NCBI GenBank assembly: GCA_001661245.1
Contig: KV454012.1
Coordinates: forward strand, 1,411,952 to 1,470,468
Direction: 5' to 3'
Length of the DNA stretch: 58,517 nt
Source of the DNA: Pachysolen tannophilus NRRL Y-2460
Lineage: Eukaryota
Part shown: positions 45,751-56,084 of the stretch, piece by piece
How the letters are laid out: each line of letters opens with the position of its first letter
Position numbering within the stretch: the first letter of the stretch is position 1
Notes under the pieces: generated by a model
What the model was told of the DNA's origin: nothing
Seen by the model: only the letters and a program-made list of their open reading frames with translations
The model's database searches: none
Translations under genes and position numbers: made by a program

Positions 45751-45798
45751 AGATCTCTGGCTATAGATCTATGGCCAGATCTATATGGCCAGAGATCT
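45751..45798. repeat. Nested inverted repeat containing four AGATCT palindromes
   Basis: agatctctggc tatagatct atggcc agatctata tg gccagagatct: 11-bp and 9-bp arms, 2-nt bulge, 6-nt loop. Confidence 0.85.
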
Positions 45799-46394
45799 GG
45801 CTCCACTTTGCCTTTTAGTTTGTGAATAACAAAGAGTTTTTGAAAACCTTATCTTTATACGCATAATTAGGGAAAGATGATAAAAATTTGGAGAACTATA
45901 CTTAACTTTGCGTACACAATCTTAATCGGCCAACCTCAACCGACATGAATAGAAATAGCAAAAAAAAAAAAAAAAAAAAAAAGAACTCAATACTTTAAAC
46001 ACTTTGGCTTTAGGCTCAGTTTTGAGGTTTTTTTTTAGATAAAGTAAATAATTTTAACAAAGCTCCATATATTATTGAGAGAATTAAAAGAAATACTTAG
46101 GAAAAAATAAAAGTAATAAAAAAATAATTAGACATTATCTTTAGAAATAAAAAATCACAAAAAAAAAAAAACCAAGTACTAAAATAAAATAAAAATAAAA
46201 TAAAAATAAGAATAAAATAAAATAAAAATAAAGTAAAATAGTAAAAAAAGCTAACCTAACACAGATATAAGAATTATAAGCTGAAGTGAAAGTTCAAAAA
46301 AACACCCTTTAAATAAAATACAGCAAAAGAATAAAAACATAATAAGATAGTTATTAAAAGGAAAAAAAGAAAAAAGAAAAAAAAAAATAAAAAT

Positions 46395-47705
46395 TCAATA
46401 AACAGAATGGAAACGTTTGTTCATGATGCGAGTTTGTTTTCTAACTCTTCTGCTTCTTATCTTTTGGTCAGGTCTAGTGTTTCTCCAGGAATCCACTGCC
46501 CTTTGTATTAATCCTCTTTGATTTCTAATGATAGGATTCAAATATGCCAACTTCCATCCAATATAATTACATTCTCTTTCGTATTTTCCTCTATTACCTT
46601 TATACTCTTCAGGGGGGACCATTGCACCTGGGTATATGCAGTTTTCTGCTATGAAATGATCACCGTAATCAAGAGTATCTTTGAAATCTATCTTTGGACA
46701 TTTCAAAGTGAATTTTCTTATGATTTTTTTCTTTGAATAATAAAAGGTCAAATTCTCTTCACCTGTTAATTCATCTCTAGTTAATTCTGGTGCCGCAGCA
46801 GGTATAGGACCTGGTTGAGAAGTATATTTTTCCAGGTTATCTGAAATATTACCAACAGATTTTGATTTGCGATGACTAATGTCTTTAAATTGAACACCAC
46901 TTTCAGTATCGTATTCTGGAGTTTCTAACGGTGAAGTTAAATAGTTTTGCTTGAATATAAGAGATTCATAACTCAATGAATTTCTAAAAGTGGATCCTTG
47001 TTGAGCTGCTGCTGCTGCTGTCATACTTGTAGTTGCTCCAATTTGTTGATTATTTTCGACCAAAGATGAAGATGGGAAGTAAGGGGAAACAGGAGTCGTA
47101 ACTTCTTCTAATTGTCTCATGCCGTTATATGATTCATCTTGGTCATTAGTTGTATTTTGGAAATTCATTACTTGTGCTGGAAATACATTAGGATTTATCT
47201 GTTGTGGTAATTGATCATGCTGAGGCTGCGTGAAAGGGTATTGCATCAGATGTTGCGGCAGCGGCACCAGTGCCTGTGACAGTTGCGTCGATGGCTGTAA
47301 CTGTTGACCTGAAACTAATAAGTTATTATATATGGACATAGTTTGTTGTTGTTGTTGTTGTTGTTGAGACCCCATAGATAGGAACCCATCTTGTGCACTC
47401 ATCAGTGGTGCTGGCACTCGATCCATGAGGAAACTACTTTCAGCTGTCTTTCCCTGCGAGAAACCCGCATTTTCTTCAGGTAAAAATTGTTGAGAATTTC
47501 TAGGTGTTATGTAGTTGTATGAATTTCCAGGTAGAACATAGAGTTGTTGTTGATTATATAGATTCTGTGATTGGAAAAATTGTTGTTGTTGCTGTTGTTG
47601 TTGTTGTTGTTTTGGTTGGCCCAACGAAAAACTTGGATTTGAAGCATCTATATTGGTCAAAAGGAAATCCGGACTTTCAAAGGTCGAAATATGATTAGCA
47701 TTCAT
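46395..47705 (-). CDS. Gln-rich protein with a conserved-looking fungal C-terminal domain of unknown function (putative transcription regulator)
   Basis: 436-aa ORF with poly-Q N-half. C-terminal NCIYP.A..P.EEYKGNR.KYE.ECN.IGW.LA.LNP.IR..RGLIQRAVDSWRN followed by basic RSRRVRK. Confidence 0.85.
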   Translation of the reverse strand: MNANHISTFESPDFLLTNIDASNPSFSLGQPKQQQQQQQQQQFFQSQNLYNQQQLYVLPGNSYNYITPRNSQQFLPEENAGFSQGKTAESSFLMDRVPAPLMSAQDGFLSMGSQQQQQQQQTMSIYNNLLVSGQQLQPSTQLSQALVPLPQHLMQYPFTQPQHDQLPQQINPNVFPAQVMNFQNTTNDQDESYNGMRQLEEVTTPVSPYFPSSSLVENNQQIGATTSMTAAAAAQQGSTFRNSLSYESLIFKQNYLTSPLETPEYDTESGVQFKDISHRKSKSVGNISDNLEKYTSQPGPIPAAAPELTRDELTGEENLTFYYSKKKIIRKFTLKCPKIDFKDTLDYGDHFIAENCIYPGAMVPPEEYKGNRGKYERECNYIGWKLAYLNPIIRNQRGLIQRAVDSWRNTRPDQKIRSRRVRKQTRIMNKRFHSVY

Positions 47706-47983
47706 TATTCAGCTCAGTTTATAGAAGAAAGTAAAAAAAAATAAAAAAACAAAACAAAATAATAAGATGTTCTTGAGTAAAAAAATACTAGAACTGTACC
47801 CTATAAGTGTATCAAACTTTCTGAATTGAAGGAATTAAAAACAGTTGTGACAAGAAAACATCAAAACGTTAAAAACAACTAAAATAAAAATAATAATTTA
47901 CCAAGATAAGGGAAAACAATAATTTTAAAAAAGTTTGGATTAAATGGTAAATATATAGCTCTCGTTGTAGGAACTTTAAAATT

Positions 47984-48090
47984 CTGACAAAAAGCAATAA
48001 AATTAGTCAAGCACAGATACAGTGTGCGCAAGATGATGATCAGACACAGTTAACTTAACATAATACTGTAGTGATTATGATTAAACTTAC
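47984..48090 (-). other. Probable 5'-UTR intron (107 nt) of the Q-rich gene
   Basis: Minus strand: GTAAGT at 48090, TGACTAAT at 48009-48002, then TTTATTGCTTTTTGTCAG ending 47984. Length and spacing resemble the coding introns in this window. Confidence 0.55.
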
Positions 48091-49689
48091 GTACTGTACT
48101 CAAGTAAAGGCCATATCAGTGCATATGCTTGCGTCAGAAAAAAATTTTGAGATTCAATATATGTGCATGTTACGATTTGGAGACTGCATTAGAAAAAGAT
48201 CCACTTTTAGATTGAGTGAGAAAATGTTGTTTTCTACCCATCTCAGCATATGTTGAAAAACATATAGGGAGAGGTGGGTATAAATGCTTTCCTTTTCTTC
48301 ACGATTGCATTACATATTTAAAATTAATAAAAAAAATAAAAAAATTTTGAACTCCACTCCAAATCTTGCTAGTTATTTCAAAAAGATATTATACGTTACT
48401 TGCTCCCCCAATATACTAGAAAAGACTTGATATAGGTAATATACCTTGAAAAATACGCTGCGTAAACCTCTTTACAGAAATATAAGAAAAGTTTAAAAAA
48501 AATACAATGAAATTTCAATCTATTTTTTTTTTCTTTTTCTTTTTTTTTTTGTTTCTTTTAATTCTTCTTCTTCTGTTTCTTCCTTTACTTTTTTTGTCTT
48601 ACGTCTAAGTAGGCTATACTTTTATCATTTCAACCGTAAAAAAAAAAAATTTTTTTTCTCAAAGAACTTTTTAAAATTTGTCTTGTCTGTTTATAAGCTG
48701 GTATATAAAAAAAAAAGGTAATAACATGGAGAACTCTAAAACCGATATGAATAGGAAGAAGGTTAATTAAAAAAAAAAAAAAAAAGGTAATTAAATACCA
48801 TAGGAACCAATTTGGTAATTGTGCAGATTATTATTCTGTATCATGCAGCTATTGCATTTAATTATTAATATTAAATCTTAAGTGATAGTTAAACTTTGCT
48901 TTCGAGATCCACTTAAGGATAGATTCATGTTTCTTAGATCCAAAAAAAAAAATAAAATAAAAAAGTTAACTATATTTTACTAAATAGTACTTGTTTAGCA
49001 AAAAAATTAACTATATCTTATAATACATCTTATCTAGTCTGATACAATATATACATATATATATTTTTTTTTTTATTATTTTTAGCCTTATCAATTTGAA
49101 TAATAGATTGACCACCACGCGTGGTAAAAGAAACGGAAACGAAACTTTACTTTAATGTTCATGTAAAAAAAAAAAAATTTCAAGGAATTAATGAAGAATA
49201 ATTTACCACATAGTGCTTATTGTTCCTTCTATTTTTTAGATAGAAAAAACTTTTTTGAAACATGCTTTTTACCTCAAAAAAAAAAAAAAAAAAAACAAAA
49301 CAAAAACAAAAACAAACATGAAAAACAAGAAAAACTAAAAAAACAATTATGAATTCTCTAGAAACCAGAGAAAAAATATTAAGCATCTTGTTTGAATTCA
49401 AACGCCATCGTCAAAGGTAACTCGTCCGGTATATCTTCCCAAACAAGATAACATGTTTACAACTACATGTGGGACTAATGAAGTAATATTGACTTTGCAT
49501 TAAGTATGTTGCAGATGTCTCAAAGTAGAAATATTGTGCATACTCACGTATTAATTCGGTCTCAAAAGAAAAGATTTATTCCAATTCGGTAGTTTCTATG
49601 TATTTCACCTTTCGAAAACATGGTTTACTAATAGATTATTTAACGAAACAATTGAAATAAGCAAGCCTGAAAATTATAAGGTACACCAT

Positions 49690-49734
49690 ATGCATTCCTC
49701 AAGTGCATTCGTCAAATGCGTTCGTCAAATGCAT
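49690..49734. repeat. About 3.5 tandem 13-bp units (RTGCRTTCSTCAA)
   Basis: atgcattcctcaa gtgcattcgtcaa atgcgttcgtcaa atgcat. Confidence 0.85.
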
Positions 49735-50937
49735 AGCTTGAAGTTTAATGAAAACCGGGAGTACCGTAAGATTTTTTTTATTTTTATACCTAATTACAAA
49801 ACAAAACAAAAAAACAAAAAAAACTAAATAAATAAAAAAAAAAAAAAAAAAGGTAAGGACATATTTAAAAGATAAAGAAGGAGGGGAGATTCACCCCTCT
49901 TTGTTAAACAATACCTTGCCGAAGACTTTCCAAGAGTAGCTTAAAAATGATTTGTTTAAGTTAAAAATTTCAATTTGAAGTGGTGTTAAAACAGATTTGT
50001 GAAAATTGAACTTAACGGTTTTATTAATTGAATTTTGTCGATCAATTTTATTAAAACCAGTCTAAAGATAACCATAGAAATTTCTTCAGGTCATTCTTTA
50101 AAGAAAGTTATTAAATTATATGTGTATATGTATGTCTGAACACTCATACACACACACACACACACAAACACACATGGAATTCTACAAACTGTTAAAAACT
50201 TATTGTAATTCGCGGTCAAGAAAATCGTTGCAGCAGTAGCAAATTATAAAATTAAGGTCACTTCTATTGTATCAAATCTCATACCTCAAAACAAGCCATT
50301 GATAAAAAATCTAAGATCTATCTTAATTAGAAATATCATCCCATTTTAAGTGATTGCTCATCAGAATAAGCTCTATTATTTGATTTTATTGTAGAGCAAG
50401 GAATATTATTATCTTTCCAATAAGATTAAATTAATTACAATAAATACGTACATATTATGTAATGAGGTACAATATGTCAAATTTTTAATTTTTATCAAAA
50501 AATAGGGTCATTAACGGGAACTTCTTTATCTCTTGGAAAAGACCCAATTGGTCCCAAATTTGAACCAATAATTATCACGTGCAAAAAAGAAAAGATAAAT
50601 AAAAAAAAAAAAAAAAGTAAAGTGTTGGTTTTTTTTTTCTTGTGCCTGTGAGTTTCTATTTCTGTTTTTAATTTTTTTTAAATAAATGCGGAGAAAATGC
50701 GGTCGTGTGTTTGCTCCTAAAAATAATTAAATTTGAGAAGGCAGGGCGCAGGAAGAAAAAAAAGAATCGAAATAAAAGTTCCATTTGTTTCAATTCTTTT
50801 TTAGTTTACATCACCTATAATAATTTTTAATAATCTATTATTACTTTTATTATTTTACCCGTTAAAAAGAGATCAATCAATTTAATTGATATTAACGAAT
50901 TTTTAACCATCAGGTGAATTGGTTATTAGAATTGATA

Positions 50938-51324
50938 ATGGCTGCTAATCAATTAAAAGGTACGGATGAAGTAGATACTTCCAAGTTATCTCCGCAAGAG
51001 CTTAAAATATATAAATTATATGGGAAGTTGCCGTCTAGGTCAGATTTACTTCATTCGAAATTAAAAGATCGGAAATATTTTGATTCTGGAGATTATGCAA
51101 TGAGTAAAGCAGGCGTTATTAAAAATGAAGGACCACTTGAGAATTTAAAGCATCCAGATTTGGAGAAAATTCAAAGAATTAATAGAAACTCTGTAAGTGG
51201 TAGTAATAGTAGAGGAAGCATATGTGGAGTTATAGGTTCTCAAAATGGAGGTAATGTTATGTTTAGTGGGAAATCCAATTTGGAGAAAGAGGTTAAAGGT
51301 GAAGATAACAATGAAGGCAAATAA
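50938..51324 (+). CDS. IGO1: Endosulfine (Igo1/Igo2, ENSA/ARPP19 family)
   Basis: LSPQELKIYKLYGKLP and RKYFDSGDYAM (Rim15/Greatwall site). First ATG is at 50938. Linked to NSG and PGA1 as in S. cerevisiae. Confidence 0.92.
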   Translation: MAANQLKGTDEVDTSKLSPQELKIYKLYGKLPSRSDLLHSKLKDRKYFDSGDYAMSKAGVIKNEGPLENLKHPDLEKIQRINRNSVSGSNSRGSICGVIGSQNGGNVMFSGKSNLEKEVKGEDNNEGK

Positions 51325-51853
51325 AAAAAAAAAAATAAAAAAAAAAAAAAACTATATATGGAGATGAATTAAGTTATGTAATTTTTTGGATTCTTAGGTT
51401 TAGGCAAGAATCATAAATATATATAAAGGGCAATGAATATACGGAATATACAATGAATATGAATACATTGAATTGAATGCAGTTATTATTGACTTTAAAA
51501 TTTTTTGTCGCTTCTGATCTTGGAAAGAGTTTTCATTTTATTTAGTTTTAGTTTTTAGTTAGTTATTAGTTATTAATTATTAGTTATTAGCTATATCCCT
51601 AATTATATTATATTTATATTATATAAACCGTATATATAATATATAATATCCACTACCGCAATTTAATTCACCAAAATACCAAAAATAATAAATAAAACCC
51701 AAATAGCCCAAATATATATATAAAAAAAAAACCACTTTAGCTAAAAGAAAATAAAAGCGTATTACCTGTAACAGAAAACCGTAAAAAATAAAAAAATAAA
51801 ATAAAAAAAAAAAAAAGATTAAAAGCAATTAATGAAGAAACCCCTCTTTCACT

Positions 51854-53023
51854 TCATTTGAACCTAATAATACTTGGTTTTGCATTTCTAGCATTTCTAG
51901 AACCAAATAAAAATCCTAAGCTAAAACTAATTGAAGCTATAATAATTGATAAACAAGTAATTTGAAATAAGACATTATTTAATTTTTGAACGCTGCTTTC
52001 ATTATCATTATTTTTATTTTTATTTTTATGTTTATCTAAATTTTTTCTTTTTAAGACTCCTTTACTACCATTTCTATCATTAATATTATTCAATTTTTTT
52101 GACATACGATATGGTGATAATGATAAAGAATTTGATCTAAACCCATCATCTGTAACAGTGTAATCGCTATCACATATATCATTTAATATATGTTTACTAC
52201 CTGAAAATTTATTATTTTTCATAGAGGTATTATTAACCACTGTTGATGATGCTATTGTTGAATTAGAAAGCCTTCTTAAATTTGTCTTATATTGTTTAGT
52301 AGTGTTAGTGTTATTAGTAGTATTGGTAATGTTGTTTGTGTTTGTTTTCTTTGAAGAAGAAGTCAATAGTATTGTGGTTAAAGAATTATCAATATTAATT
52401 TCACTTGATTTTTTTCTTCCATCATCATAATGATTATCATCATGATATTCATTTTGATATTCATCATCACTATCCTTAAATAACCAATTTTGCAAATTTT
52501 TCTTTTTCTTTTTCCCCTTTTTATCTACCGCCAATGCCAGAATCTCACCCAAACCCGCACTATCATTCGACTCATCATCACCAGTCAATAAACCAGCATT
52601 ATCATCCGTATCTAAATAGTTGAAATATGACGCGACACGCGAATAATCCCCATAACTAATTCTATCTCTAGCTGTTAAATCAATCCATGAATCTTCTTCA
52701 GGCAATCCAGCGCCAGTACCAGTACCACTACTAGTACCACTACTAGTACCATTATTACTATTACTACTATTATTATTATTATTATTTTTGTTGTTGTTGT
52801 TTTTACTGGTACTAGTAGTAGTACTCTTGGTATTTAATTTCAAACCGCTCTTCCCATCTTCTTCACTTTGTAATGCCGCCTCTTCTTCCTCGTTCAATGA
52901 ATAACTTTGTTCCAAAAGTGATTGATCAGTCAAGTATACTTCTTTATTCGCGTTCTGAGTCCAATTTTTCAAATATTGAGAATTGTAACCTTGATTCTTA
53001 TTGCCGCCACTACTATTAACCAT
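51854..53023 (-). CDS. Uncharacterised low-complexity protein with a single C-terminal TM helix (tail-anchored)
   Basis: 389-aa ORF from ATG 53023, rich in N/S/D/K. TM VLFQITCLSIIIASISFSLGFLFG followed by a basic tail; EEDSWIDL motif. Confidence 0.8.
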   Translation of the reverse strand: MVNSSGGNKNQGYNSQYLKNWTQNANKEVYLTDQSLLEQSYSLNEEEEAALQSEEDGKSGLKLNTKSTTTSTSKNNNNKNNNNNNSSNSNNGTSSGTSSGTGTGAGLPEEDSWIDLTARDRISYGDYSRVASYFNYLDTDDNAGLLTGDDESNDSAGLGEILALAVDKKGKKKKKNLQNWLFKDSDDEYQNEYHDDNHYDDGRKKSSEINIDNSLTTILLTSSSKKTNTNNITNTTNNTNTTKQYKTNLRRLSNSTIASSTVVNNTSMKNNKFSGSKHILNDICDSDYTVTDDGFRSNSLSLSPYRMSKKLNNINDRNGSKGVLKRKNLDKHKNKNKNNDNESSVQKLNNVLFQITCLSIIIASISFSLGFLFGSRNARNAKPSIIRFK

Positions 53024-53788
53024 TGACAATTTTTATTTAATAATTATAGATCGATGGATTAATAGATCAATAAATTGATTATATATATATATATATATAG
53101 ATAATAATTATTTAGATAGAAAGATAGATAGATTATATATGTAAGCCATATTATATAGATTGCTTTCTTGTTCGGAATCCGGAAATCTCTTTGTTTTGTT
53201 TTGTTTTGTTTTACGTTTTTTTTTTTGTTTTTCTGTTACTGAGCACACGACTGATGTGTTTTCCGTTTTTTATTTTTCGCAGCGGAAAAGAAAGAAAGAT
53301 CAAAAAAAAAATTCTTTCCGTTATCACCACCAACACGGGAAGAAAGACATAAATATTATGCCCTCGTTTAGTAGAATCAAGTTAAGATTTCTTTCTTTCT
53401 ATATATATATATATTTAAATATATATATATATTACTATTTTTATATTAATTTTTTTTTTATCTTTTAAAGTTTTTTTTTTAAGATAAAAAAAGTTAAAGA
53501 TTAAAGATAAAAATAAGTTTATTAATCTATTGGAATTGTGATTTTTTATTTATTGATACATCAAGTTATTAGAAAATTAATAGATTAACTAAATAACAAA
53601 GAATAAAGAATAAAAATTTTGCAAATAGATACTTTAATACCCTTCATATCTATTGTGCTGCATTGATTGCATTTTTTTTTTTTTCTTTTTTTTTTTTGGC
53701 TAATTAATAAATAGTACTGCTAATCAAATAATTAATACCAATTTTTTATTTTTGGGTTTGTCAATCGCTTAGTGGTATATAATAAGAA

Positions 53789-54826
53789 ATGTCGGGGATA
53801 TTGAATCATAACAATGATTCAATAGTTAGTTTGATGAAACCGACTTTATATCAGATATATGGGAATGATGAAGTTGATTTGGATAATGAGAATAATGATA
53901 TTTATGTTAATTTGAATGAGAATATTAATAGGCATAATATTAATGCTGATAATGAAGGTTATTTTTTAGTCAATAGACATTTAAAGAAGAATGAAAAAAG
54001 ACCTTTATTACAAAAAATTATTATTACAATGTTAAAACTTTTAGTATTAGCAATAATGGGTAATTTATATTTTAAACTTTTAGAATCAATTAATTATAAT
54101 GATGAAGGTAAATCAACAAAATTACCAAACTTGAATGATTTTAAAATATTATTTTTATTTTCACATTTTTTAGGAAAATTTAATTTAATTAATTTTAAAA
54201 ATGAAAAATTTGGTGTTGCTCTTAATTGTTCATTAGAAGGAATACTGTTGGGATTAATCCAACCAGTGGTATTAGATAATTTATTAAAATTGGTTTTTGA
54301 AAAAAAACAAAACAAAACAAATTCTACATTGCACATTAAAATTCCAACTGGAACAGTATCAGCTGAAACAGTTATTTCTGAAGCTGAAAATTTATCAAGT
54401 GGAAATTTAAAAGTGGAAAAAAAATTATCAAAAAATAACAACAGTATTTCCAACAGTAAGAATTTGGCATCTTTTATAAATAAAAATTATGAAACAATTT
54501 TGAGATCAACAGTTGCAGTTATTGGTATTTCTTATGGTTTGAAAAAAATAGAATGGGAATCTTCCCTTCAAGCTTCTATTTCATGGTCATTACTAAACCC
54601 ATGTTTATGGCTATTGTTAGATGGAACTTGGTATGGATTCTTAAGCAATTCGTTTGTAAGTTGTACCATGATGGTCTTGGGTCTTGTCTTTGGAGATACT
54701 AACAAGAACCTAGTCGATTTATTTGATCTCGAAGAATTGAGCAAAATCTTATGGTTAGGTAGCTTTTCGTTTATTGGTATGTTGATTTTTAGCAAAGTTG
54801 GAAGATACTTGTTTGGTCGGGATTGA
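53789..54826 (+). CDS. NSG2: INSIG-family protein (Nsg1/Nsg2)
   Basis: S.VSL.KP.LY.IY, LRS..A.IGISYG.KKIEW.SSLQAS..W.LLNP.LWL.LDGT, GRYLF; neighbour of IGO and PGA1. Confidence 0.88.
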   Translation: MSGILNHNNDSIVSLMKPTLYQIYGNDEVDLDNENNDIYVNLNENINRHNINADNEGYFLVNRHLKKNEKRPLLQKIIITMLKLLVLAIMGNLYFKLLESINYNDEGKSTKLPNLNDFKILFLFSHFLGKFNLINFKNEKFGVALNCSLEGILLGLIQPVVLDNLLKLVFEKKQNKTNSTLHIKIPTGTVSAETVISEAENLSSGNLKVEKKLSKNNNSISNSKNLASFINKNYETILRSTVAVIGISYGLKKIEWESSLQASISWSLLNPCLWLLLDGTWYGFLSNSFVSCTMMVLGLVFGDTNKNLVDLFDLEELSKILWLGSFSFIGMLIFSKVGRYLFGRD

Positions 54827-55082
54827 AAATAATAGTTTTTTGAAAGAAAGAAAAAAAAAAATAATAATTTTAAACTGAATTTTAACAACAACGATAATAA
54901 AAAGAGAGACTTAATTATTTATTATAAACTATGGACTTCTTCTTCTTCTTCTTCTTCTTCTTCATTAATACAAGGCAATTTACCTATCTATATATATATA
55001 TATATTTAATACTATATCTTATAATAATTCGATAAATGACAGTATTACCTGGGATGTGTGTGTGTGTTGTTTTTTTTTTCTA

Positions 55083-55895
55083 TTACAATAATTTATCCTT
55101 TTGTTCTTCTAAATCAATCTTACTAAAAATAAATTTATAAATTATCCAACTGAAGCCAATTCCAAGAAAGATATAACAAAAGACAGATCCTATTAACCAA
55201 ATTAAATATGTTGAATCTATTTCTCCAATATCAAGTAATATTCCATCTAAATATTGATCCAAGTTTTCTACTTTATAATCATTGAATTTTGTAGAAAAAT
55301 AATAATTTGGAGTAATTTTAATAACTAAAAAATCTTTCCTATCATCATTTAAAATTAAACTTGAATAATCTGTATAATTATTATTAATAAATCTTTTAAT
55401 ATGCTTTTCATTTTGTTTTTTTTCCAAAAAAAAATCACTTGAATCACTATCTAAAGATATCACTTTATGATTTAAATCTATTTCAATTGGATTTAATGCA
55501 TTCCAACATACTTTAAAATTGAAATTTTTCCAACGGGAACTTTGATTTATCACTTCTAGCCAAAGTTCAATAATTATTAAATTTTCAGAATCATTTAAAT
55601 TTTTTTCCAAATCATTATTATTCAATTCATCAATAATTTCTTTATGTATACTCAATAAATCCAATATTATTCTTTGATTTTTAAATTTTGAATTTGGTAA
55701 TTCTAAAGTTGGTAATTTATTCAGTGAAATCAATGATGATGAAATATGTACATCATTCGATCTTAATTCAAAAGCATTTAATTTGTATATATCTCTAGAT
55801 GGTGGAATGGATAATGATATAGTTTCTGTATTGGCCAAAATTTTTTGGGGGTAAAAAACCAACAATAATAGCCAACTTATTAGTATTATTCTCAT
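55083..55895 (-). CDS. PGA1: GPI mannosyltransferase II co-subunit Pga1-like (signal peptide + C-terminal TM)
   Basis: Signal peptide ending ..LA/NTET, KVCW.A..P..I motif, C-terminal TM. Synteny with IGO1 and NSG2. Confidence 0.72.
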   Translation of the reverse strand: MRIILISWLLLLVFYPQKILANTETISLSIPPSRDIYKLNAFELRSNDVHISSSLISLNKLPTLELPNSKFKNQRIILDLLSIHKEIIDELNNNDLEKNLNDSENLIIIELWLEVINQSSRWKNFNFKVCWNALNPIEIDLNHKVISLDSDSSDFFLEKKQNEKHIKRFINNNYTDYSSLILNDDRKDFLVIKITPNYYFSTKFNDYKVENLDQYLDGILLDIGEIDSTYLIWLIGSVFCYIFLGIGFSWIIYKFIFSKIDLEEQKDKLL

Positions 55896-56084
55896 AATTA
55901 TCGTTTAATATATAATATTTATCTTTTTATTAATGATTTTTAATTTTTCTACAATTAATTTAAAATGATAAAATCGTTAAATTCAGTTATAGTAAAAAGA
56001 CTGAAATTTTAATAAATAAATAAATGAATAAATAAATAAATATAAATAAATAAAAATAAAATAAATAAATAAATAATTTTGAAA

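Noticed and set aside
50574..50710. CDEI-like ATCACGTG followed by an AT-rich stretch (possible point centromere)
   Set aside because: No convincing CDEIII, and point centromeres are restricted to Saccharomycetaceae; more likely a Cbf1 promoter site.
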